NCBI GenBank assembly: GCA_039794085.1
Contig: JBDIWC010000009.1
Location: 30,412 to 94,411, forward strand
Reading direction: 5' to 3'
Origin: Gemmatimonadales bacterium
GTDB lineage: Bacteria; Gemmatimonadota; Gemmatimonadetes; Gemmatimonadales; GWC2-71-9
Length of the DNA: 64,000 nucleotides
Shown: piece by piece, positions 47,183 through 54,825 of the stretch
Layout: each line of letters opens with the position of its first letter
Numbering within the stretch: position 1 is the stretch's first letter
Notes under the pieces: generated by a model
What the model was told of the DNA's origin: nothing
What the model saw: the letters and a program-made list of their open reading frames with translations, nothing else
Databases searched by the model: none
Made by a program: the position numbers and the translations under genes

Positions 47183-49840
47183 GTGGTGTCCCCCGTCTAC
47201 GCCCTTCCCCTTCTCTGCCTCGGACTTTTCCCCGTCGGGGTCCACGCGCAGGTCCCCGACCTAACGCCCAAGGTGGCCCTGGTGGCCGCCACCGAGCGCG
47301 CCATCCGCCTGGATGGTCGACTCGATGAGGATGCCTGGCAGGACGCCACGTTCATCACCGACTTCCGCCAGAAGGAACCGGTGCAATTCGCGGAACCCTC
47401 GGTGCCCACCGCCGTCGCGTTTCTCTATGACGAGGAGGCCCTCTACATCGGGGCCCGGTTGGGCCGGGAGGACGCCACCTTCCCCCGAAGCCTCAGCCGC
47501 CGGGACCAGTACGCCAACGCGGAGCATCTCGCCATCTCGATCGATTCCCATCTCGATCGCCGGACGGCCTACAGTTTCGTCGTCACGGCCGGCGGAACCC
47601 GGATCGATTACTTCCACACCCGCGACAGCGACAGTTTCGGCGCCCGGGACTTCACCTGGAATCCGGTCTGGGAGGCCCGGGTCGCCGTGGATTCGGCGGG
47701 CTGGACCGTGGAATTCCGAATCCCCTTTTCGCAGCTCCGGTTCAATCCCGGGGACCGGCAGACCTGGGGTCTCAACATCAACCGGTGGGTGCCGGACCGG
47801 AACGAGGACATCTTCTGGGTGGTGGTGCCGCGAGAGGAGACCGGTTTCAGTTCCCGGTTCGGCACCCTGGAGGGGCTCCAGGATCTGCGCCGGTCCCGGC
47901 GCATCGAGTTGCTCCCCTACGTGGCCACGGATGGCACCTTCGACGGCACGGTGTCCCCGGAAGATCCCTTCAATGACGGCAGCCGCACCGAGGCGCGGGC
48001 CGGCGGGGAGGTCCGGATGGGGCTGGGCCCCGGCCTCACACTCGATGCCAGCATCAACCCCGATTTTGGCCAGGTCGAGGCCGACCCCGCCGAGTTGAAT
48101 CTGTCGGCCTTCGAAACCTTCTTCAGCGAGCGAAGGCCCTTCTTCACCGAGGGGAGCCAGCTCCTCCCCAGCGGCAGCGCATTCTTCACCCGGCGCATCG
48201 GTGCCCCCCCGCGCGGACCGGCGGACGGGGCCTTCGTGGATCGCCCCACGAACACCACCATCCTGGGAGCGGCCAAGGTCACGGGCCAGCTCTCCTCCGG
48301 ACTCTCGATCGGGGTTCTCGCCGCTCTCACCGACCGCGCCCACGCCCGTGTGATGGACACCTCCGGGAGCCGGGTCCGCCGCGTGGAGGTGGAACCCCTG
48401 GCCGTGTATGGCGCGGCCCGCCTCCAGCAGCAGTTCGGCGCCGACGCCTCCACGGTGGGGCTCAGCCTCGCCGGGATGCAGCGCGAGTTCACCCCGGAGT
48501 CCGATCTCGTGCGTCTCCTGAGTCGGCGGGCCGTCGCGGCCATCGCCGACTCGCGGCTCCGATTCCGGAACGGCGAATACGAGCTTCGGCTCACGGCCGG
48601 CATGAGCCGGGTGGAGGGGGACTCCGCGGCAATCCTGCGCATCCAGAGGGCCCCGGCTCATTTTTTCCAACGGCCCGATGCCGACCGGTTCCGTCTCGAT
48701 TCGGCCCGCACGGTGCTCACCGGGTATACCGCCTCCGTCCGCGCGGACAAGAATGCGGGCAACTGGCTCTGGGGGGCCGGCGTTACCACCGAATCACCCG
48801 GGTACGAAACCAACGACATGGGACGCGTCACCAGCGTGGACGATGTCGACCTGAATTGGGACATCAATTACCGCGAGACCACTCCGGGCCCCCTGTTCCG
48901 GACCTGGAACCTGGGCGTCAGCAATTCGGTCAGCTGGAACTATGATGGAGACCGGGGCAACACCCGGGCCAGCATCTTTTCCAGTGCCACGCTGCGGAAC
49001 TTCTGGACCGCCGGGCTCACCCTGTGGCTCAGACCGCGAGGGCTGAGCGACAGCCAGACCCGGGGCGGCCCGTTGATGCAAACCCTCCGATCCGGGGGGA
49101 TTGATCTCCGCCTGGGAACCAACCAGAGCAACGCCAATAGCGTCCAAGGGTCCCTCTCCTGGTCGCGGAGCGAGGAGGGCGGGTGGTCGGTCGCTGCCAC
49201 TCCGCGTCTCTCCGTTCGGCCCAGTGCCCGCCTGAGTGCCTCGCTGAATCCGCGCTTCTCCCGATCGGTTAACCCGAGGCAGTTCATCGGGACCCAAGCC
49301 CGCTCGGGATCCGAAACCTTCGGCACCCGGTATCTCTTTGGGCGGATCGATCAGACCGTCCTGTCGATGCAACTCCGCCTCAACTACGCGGTGAGCCCCG
49401 ACCTCACCCTGGAGCTCTACGCGGAGCCCTTCACGGCCAGCGGAAGGTTTGGCGACCTGGGCGAACTGGCCACCGCACGCACACCGGACCTTCGCCTCTT
49501 CGGGAGTGCGGGACTCTCCACCGTCTCCCGCGACGATGGTTCGCTGGCCGTGACCGACGAACGGAACGGCGACACCTTCCTCATTCCCGCCCTCGACTTC
49601 AACCGCTTCTCCTTCCGCAGCAACCTCGTGGCCCGCTGGGAGTGGACCCCGGGAAGCACCCTCTTCCTGGTCTGGCAGCAGGACCGGTTCGACCAGTGCA
49701 CGCCGGGCGCCCTGTCCGTCTGTCCCTCGGGAACCCGCCCCGGGGACGGTCCGGGCCCGCGCCACCTCCTGAACTCCTTCCGGGCGGAAGGGAAGCACGT
49801 CCTGGCGCTCAAGGCGAGCTACTGGATCCCCGTTCGATAG
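47183..49840 (+). CDS. DUF5916 / CBM9-like domain outer membrane protein
   Basis: IRLDGRLDEDAW, GWTVEFRIPFSQLRF, INPDFGQVEADP, FETFFSERRPFF, C-terminal KASYW. Confidence 0.85.
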   Translation: MVSPVYALPLLCLGLFPVGVHAQVPDLTPKVALVAATERAIRLDGRLDEDAWQDATFITDFRQKEPVQFAEPSVPTAVAFLYDEEALYIGARLGREDATFPRSLSRRDQYANAEHLAISIDSHLDRRTAYSFVVTAGGTRIDYFHTRDSDSFGARDFTWNPVWEARVAVDSAGWTVEFRIPFSQLRFNPGDRQTWGLNINRWVPDRNEDIFWVVVPREETGFSSRFGTLEGLQDLRRSRRIELLPYVATDGTFDGTVSPEDPFNDGSRTEARAGGEVRMGLGPGLTLDASINPDFGQVEADPAELNLSAFETFFSERRPFFTEGSQLLPSGSAFFTRRIGAPPRGPADGAFVDRPTNTTILGAAKVTGQLSSGLSIGVLAALTDRAHARVMDTSGSRVRRVEVEPLAVYGAARLQQQFGADASTVGLSLAGMQREFTPESDLVRLLSRRAVAAIADSRLRFRNGEYELRLTAGMSRVEGDSAAILRIQRAPAHFFQRPDADRFRLDSARTVLTGYTASVRADKNAGNWLWGAGVTTESPGYETNDMGRVTSVDDVDLNWDINYRETTPGPLFRTWNLGVSNSVSWNYDGDRGNTRASIFSSATLRNFWTAGLTLWLRPRGLSDSQTRGGPLMQTLRSGGIDLRLGTNQSNANSVQGSLSWSRSEEGGWSVAATPRLSVRPSARLSASLNPRFSRSVNPRQFIGTQARSGSETFGTRYLFGRIDQTVLSMQLRLNYAVSPDLTLELYAEPFTASGRFGDLGELATARTPDLRLFGSAGLSTVSRDDGSLAVTDERNGDTFLIPALDFNRFSFRSNLVARWEWTPGSTLFLVWQQDRFDQCTPGALSVCPSGTRPGDGPGPRHLLNSFRAEGKHVLALKASYWIPVR

Positions 49841-49866
49841 GAAATCGCGCCAGCACCTCAGCAGTA

Positions 49867-49901
49867 TTTCGAACTTCAAACTTCACACCTCACACTTCCC
49901 C
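49867..49901. repeat. Heptamer tandem repeat, same type and orientation as 47063-47097
   Basis: TTTCGAA CTTCAAA CTTCACA CCTCACA CTTCCCC. Confidence 0.75.
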
Positions 49902-49906
49902 TCCTG

Positions 49907-49956
49907 TCGTCAAAACGACACAGGACTCTGGTGTCAGCAGCGTGTCATTTCGACAC
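49907..49956. promoter_or_regulatory. Paired 15-bp palindromes (putative bEBP enhancer) upstream of susCD-2
   Basis: TCGTCAAAACGACAC (49907-49921) and GTGTCATTTCGACAC (49942-49956), starts 35 bp apart. Confidence 0.7.
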
Positions 49957-50018
49957 TCTCCCTCCTGATCTGCTCACACAAACTGTTATACCGTAACGCT
50001 TTATTGCAATCTCTTATC

Positions 50019-50034
50019 TGGCATAGTTGATGCT
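50019..50034 (+). promoter_or_regulatory. Sigma54 (-24/-12) promoter of susCD-2
   Basis: TGGCATAGTTGATGCT, GG-N10-GC. Confidence 0.72.
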
Positions 50035-50173
50035 AACAACAGTGCTGAGCCATCGGTGAGTGTCAGACAGCAGATGCCCGGCGGCTTTCCCATTTCGCTT
50101 CTGCCACTCCCGCCGACCCCCGTCGGCGACCCCTGAGTTGCAGAGTCATTTCCCAATCGAGGGGGACAACTTC

Positions 50174-53100
50174 ATGCGTCGAGTCGTCTTTCGCCAACTC
50201 CTGGCAGTCGGCTTCCTGGCCGCCCTTGCCGGGCCGTTGGCCGCCCAGCGCGGCATCCTGACCGGCACCGTGACAGACGGGGCCAGCGGGGCGGTGTTAA
50301 TCGGAGCCCGGGTCCAGGTGGTGGGCACGTCCCTGACCACCAACACCAACGCCGAGGGACGGTACCGTCTCACTAACGTCCCGACCGGGACTCACACGGT
50401 GCGGATCGCCCAGATCGGCTACGCCTCGGTGAACCGGCCGGTAACGATCACCGCGGGGGAGAACACCCTGGACGTGACACTCTCCCTGACCCCCTACTCG
50501 CTGGATGAGTTCGTGGTCACCGCCACAGGGACCCAGGAACGGCGGGAGATCGGGAACGCAATCTCCACCATCGACGTGACCGACCTGGTGCGGGAAGGCC
50601 CGGTGGCCAACATGGGAGACCTCCTGGTCGGCAAGGCACCCGGCGTGCAGGTCCTGCCGGGAAACATGACGGGGGGCGGGAGCCGGGTCCGGATCCGGGG
50701 GAACTCGTCCCTCTCCCTCTCGAACAACCCGATCTACGTGGTGGACGGGTTGCGGATCGTGAGCGACGTGAACTCCTCATCCATCGGGATTGGCGGGACC
50801 AACCCGAGCCGGGTGAATGACCTGAACCCGGAGGACATCGAGTCGATCGACGTGATCCGGGGCCCCTCGGCGTCGACCCTGTACGGAACCGATGCGGCCA
50901 ACGGGGTGATCGTCATCAAAACCAAGAGAGGGCGCGCCGGTGCTCCGGTCTGGAACATGTATGTGGAGGGGGGGATCATCAAGGACGAGAACGACTATTT
51001 CGATGCGTACCGGGGCTGGCGGAACACCTCCACCGTCAGCAACACCACCCAGTGTCTCCTGAGCCAGGTGGTGTCGGGGGCCTGCACCCAGGACAGCGTC
51101 ACCAAGTTCAACATCTTCAACGATCCCGACGCCACCCCCAACCACACCGGCACCCGGCAGCAGTATGGCCTGCAGGTGAGCGGCGGCTCGGACGCGGTGC
51201 GGTACTTCGTGTCCAGCGACTGGGAGCGGGAGATCGGCCAGTTGCAGATGCCGGATTTCGCGGCGGACCGGCTCAAGGAGCAGCGGAACATCACCAAGGT
51301 GCCCTACGAGCAGTTCCGGCCCAACATGCTGCAGAAGACCAACGTGCGGGCCAACATCAACGCCAACCTGGGGAGCAAGGCGGATGTGGCGATCAGCACC
51401 GGGTATGTCTCCAGCACCCAGCGCCTCCCCCAGACCGACAACAACACCACGGGGCTCCTCTCCAACGCCTACGGCGGCCCCGGATTCAAGGGAAACATCG
51501 TCAACAGCGGCGGAGTGACGCGGGCCAACTTCGGCTATCGTCTCTTCACCCCCGATGAGTTCTTCTCGGAAACCGTGACGCAGGACATCAACCGGACCAT
51601 CCTGAGTGGCACCGCGAATTACCGGCCGACCAGCTGGCTCGCGACCCGGGCCGTGGTGGGCGGGGACTTCATCAGCCGGGAGGATTCGGACATCTGCCGG
51701 CGGGACGAATGCGTCGCCTTCGCCACCCTCAAGGACGGGTTCAAGGAGAACAACCGGACCACGTTCTTCAACTACACCGCCGACGCGAGCGCCACGGCCA
51801 CCTTCCAACTGGCGCCCTCCCTCAGCTCGAAGACCACAGCCGGAACTCAGTACATCAAGGAGAAGTTCGCCCGGAACGGAGCCTTCTCCGAGAACCTCCC
51901 CCCGGGGGCCACGACAGTGACTGCCGGGGCCATCCCCTCGGCCGACGAGTCGACCAGCGAGAGCATCACCCTCGGCTTCTTCGCCGAGCAGAACCTGAGC
52001 TACAAGGATCGCCTCTTCCTGACCGGCGCGGTCCGGACCGACAAGAACAGCGCCTTTGGCCAGTCGTTCAGCCGGGCCTACTATCCGAAAGCCTCGGTTT
52101 CCTATGTGCTCTCGGACGAGCCGTTCTTCCCGCAGATCGGGGCGCTCAACAATCTGCGGCTCCGCGGGGCGTATGGAGAGTCGGGACGGCAACCGGGCGG
52201 CAATGACGCCATCGCCTTCTTCAGTCCGACCACGGCCAGCGTCGATGGCGCGGACGAGGCGGCGATCGTGTTCAGCGCCCTCGGCAACCCCAACCTGAAG
52301 CCGGAGCGGACCCGCGAGGTGGAGGTGGGCTTCGACGCCTCCTTCTTCGACAGCCGCCTCAATTTGGAGTTCACGTTCTTCAACAAGAACTCGAGCGATG
52401 CGCTCCTGAGCCGGGTGATTGCCCCCTCCGTCGGGGCGGCCACGAGCCGGTTCGAGAACATCGGATCGGTGAACAACCGCGGCTGGGAAGCGGTGATCAA
52501 CGCCCAACTGGTCAACAGCGAAAGCTTCGGCTGGGACATGACGTTGAGTGGCTCCTGGACCCGCAACCGGATCGACGACCTGGGCCCCATCCCCGAGAAC
52601 TTCGGCACCACAAGAGCAACGGTGGAGGGACTCCCGATCAACGCCTACTTCGCCCGGCCGGTCTCCTTCAACGACGCCAATGGCGACGGGATCATTGCCC
52701 TGAGCGAAATCACAGTTGGCGATCCCGAGTTCCTCGGATACCCGGAACCCCGGGGTGAGTTCACCGGGTTCACTTCGTTCGACCTCTTCAACCGGAAGCT
52801 TCGGCTCACCGGGCTCTTCGACGCCAAGGTCGGTGGCAAGCAGCTCGATGGCACCAACCGGATCCGCTGCGAATCCCGGCTCAACTGCCGGGGCGATGTG
52901 GACCCCACCGCCCCTCTCGCCGAGCAGGCCCGTGCGGTCGCGGTGCGGCAGCATTCAACCCGGACCCAGGCCGGGTTCATCGACGGCAGCGACTTCTTCC
53001 GGATCCGGGAGGTGGCGGCCACCTGGACCGTGCCGGATGGTGTGGCCCGGCTGGTCAGCGCCAAGCGCCTCAGCCTCACCGCCTCGGCCCGGAACCTGCT

Positions 53101-53230
53101 GGTCGTAAGCAACTACATCGGCCTCGACCCCGAAGCCGGTTTCTTTTCGACCACCCTCGGCACCCAGAGCGACTTCCAGACGGTGCCGCCTCCGACCTAC
53201 TACACGTTCCGCATGAATGTGACGTTCTGA
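50174..53230 (+). CDS. SusC/RagA family TonB-linked outer membrane transporter
   Basis: Signal peptide, PIYVVDG, LNPEDIESIDVIRGPSASTLYGTDAANGVIVIKTKRG, C-terminal Phe. Confidence 0.93.
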   Translation: MRRVVFRQLLAVGFLAALAGPLAAQRGILTGTVTDGASGAVLIGARVQVVGTSLTTNTNAEGRYRLTNVPTGTHTVRIAQIGYASVNRPVTITAGENTLDVTLSLTPYSLDEFVVTATGTQERREIGNAISTIDVTDLVREGPVANMGDLLVGKAPGVQVLPGNMTGGGSRVRIRGNSSLSLSNNPIYVVDGLRIVSDVNSSSIGIGGTNPSRVNDLNPEDIESIDVIRGPSASTLYGTDAANGVIVIKTKRGRAGAPVWNMYVEGGIIKDENDYFDAYRGWRNTSTVSNTTQCLLSQVVSGACTQDSVTKFNIFNDPDATPNHTGTRQQYGLQVSGGSDAVRYFVSSDWEREIGQLQMPDFAADRLKEQRNITKVPYEQFRPNMLQKTNVRANINANLGSKADVAISTGYVSSTQRLPQTDNNTTGLLSNAYGGPGFKGNIVNSGGVTRANFGYRLFTPDEFFSETVTQDINRTILSGTANYRPTSWLATRAVVGGDFISREDSDICRRDECVAFATLKDGFKENNRTTFFNYTADASATATFQLAPSLSSKTTAGTQYIKEKFARNGAFSENLPPGATTVTAGAIPSADESTSESITLGFFAEQNLSYKDRLFLTGAVRTDKNSAFGQSFSRAYYPKASVSYVLSDEPFFPQIGALNNLRLRGAYGESGRQPGGNDAIAFFSPTTASVDGADEAAIVFSALGNPNLKPERTREVEVGFDASFFDSRLNLEFTFFNKNSSDALLSRVIAPSVGAATSRFENIGSVNNRGWEAVINAQLVNSESFGWDMTLSGSWTRNRIDDLGPIPENFGTTRATVEGLPINAYFARPVSFNDANGDGIIALSEITVGDPEFLGYPEPRGEFTGFTSFDLFNRKLRLTGLFDAKVGGKQLDGTNRIRCESRLNCRGDVDPTAPLAEQARAVAVRQHSTRTQAGFIDGSDFFRIREVAATWTVPDGVARLVSAKRLSLTASARNLLVVSNYIGLDPEAGFFSTTLGTQSDFQTVPPPTYYTFRMNVTF

Positions 53231-53232
53231 TC

Positions 53233-54573
53233 ATGACTCACTCATCCAGGGATCGATCGCTCATGACGCTCATGACTCTGCCCACTCGCCTCCGCCGCTG
53301 GGGGGCCCTCGGGGCCCTGGCGCTGGGTCTCGGGCTCACCGGGTGCAACTCCGTCCTCGATGTGGACGACCCGGACATCATCACCGACGCCAGTTCCGCC
53401 TCGGGGGCCGTTGCCCTCCGGAACGGCGTCCTGCTCCGCTTCGCCCAGGCCACGTCCGGGGGCGAGAGCCTCTTCCTCATGGGGGGCCTCCTCTCCGACG
53501 AGTGGAAATCGGGCGACACCTTCGAACAGCGGAACAGCACCGACCAGCGCTCGGTGCTGGAAACCAACAGCTTTCTCGGAGGTCAGCTCCGGGCTGTCAA
53601 CCGGGTGCGGGTCGAGGGACGCTCCGCCATCGACGCCCTGCGCCAATTCGCCCCCACCCCCGAGGCCAACATCGGCCTCATGTTCGCCGTGGGAGCCTTC
53701 ACCACGAACCTGGCTGGGGAGCACTACTGCAACGGGATCCCGTTCAGTTCGCTCGATGAGAACCGAAACGTCATCTTCGGCTCCCCGGTCACCATCGACG
53801 AAACCTTCACGCTGGCCATCCAACTCGCCGACTCCGCCCTGCAGTTCACGGCGGGAACCGGTGGCGCCGCGGTGACGGGGCTGGCGTCCGTCGTCAAGGG
53901 TCGGGCTCTCCTCAATCAGGGGAACTTCGCCGCCGCCGCTGCCGCGGTGGCGGGGGTTTCCACGGACTTCGAGTACGAGGTGACCCATTCCCTCAACGTG
54001 AACTCCAACCAGAACTGGTCCCTCAACACCAATGCCCGGCGCTACGTGGTCGGGAATCTGGACGGGGGGAACGGTCTCGACTTCGTGACCGCCGGCGATC
54101 CCCGCCTCCCCGCCGGGCCCTCGGGCGGGGCCAACGCCTTCGATTCCCAGACCCCGTTCCGGGCCCAGTTCAAGTGGGACCGAACCGACCCGGTGGTGGT
54201 CGCGTCGGGGATCGAGGCCCGCCTCATCGAGGCGGAAGCCGCGCTCCAGACCGGGGACGTAACCACCTGGCTCTCCAAGCTCAACGAGGCCCGCGCCACG
54301 ATGGCGGGACTCGATCCGCTGACCGATCCCGGCTCGACCACGGCCCGCGAGGATCTCCTCTTCCGGGAGCGGGCCTTCTGGATGTTCGGCACAGGGCATC
54401 GCCTCGGCGATCTCCGGCGTCTCATCCGGCAGTACAACCGGGCCAGTGAAACGGTTTTCCCGACCGGCGCCTTCCCCAAGGGGGGGAACTACGGAGGGGA
54501 CGTCAACCTGCCCATTTCGCAGGACGAGACCAACAACCCGAACTTCAGCCAGTGTCTCGATAGAGCCGCCTGA
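53233..54573 (+). CDS. RagB/SusD family outer membrane lipoprotein
   Basis: Lipobox GLTGC; EARLIEAEA, LFRERAFWMFGTGHRLGDLRR. Start may be a later Met. Confidence 0.88.
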   Translation: MTHSSRDRSLMTLMTLPTRLRRWGALGALALGLGLTGCNSVLDVDDPDIITDASSASGAVALRNGVLLRFAQATSGGESLFLMGGLLSDEWKSGDTFEQRNSTDQRSVLETNSFLGGQLRAVNRVRVEGRSAIDALRQFAPTPEANIGLMFAVGAFTTNLAGEHYCNGIPFSSLDENRNVIFGSPVTIDETFTLAIQLADSALQFTAGTGGAAVTGLASVVKGRALLNQGNFAAAAAAVAGVSTDFEYEVTHSLNVNSNQNWSLNTNARRYVVGNLDGGNGLDFVTAGDPRLPAGPSGGANAFDSQTPFRAQFKWDRTDPVVVASGIEARLIEAEAALQTGDVTTWLSKLNEARATMAGLDPLTDPGSTTAREDLLFRERAFWMFGTGHRLGDLRRLIRQYNRASETVFPTGAFPKGGNYGGDVNLPISQDETNNPNFSQCLDRAA

Positions 54574-54599
54574 TCCGTTCCACCGCATGACCGAGAACC

Positions 54600-54636
54600 C
54601 TTGGGGGGAGCCACTGTCGGCTCCCCTCAAGTTTTT
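54600..54636 (+). terminator. Rho-independent terminator after susD-like gene 2
   Basis: CTTGGGGGGAGCC-actgtc-GGCTCCCCTCAAG-TTTTT. Confidence 0.8.
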
Positions 54637-54825
54637 CGGCTCAAAATGGAACCGCGAAATACACGAAAACACACGAAATGGTTACGTCGGCCCCGGCAGT
54701 CTCAACTCAACAGGTTCCCCGACCCTGTCGTATAAGAGATATATTCCGTCACAGTCCGCTTCACTTTTCCGAGTCGTAATCTCGTGCATCTCGTGAATCC
54801 CCCTCGAACCGTGAGAGAGTACAGC

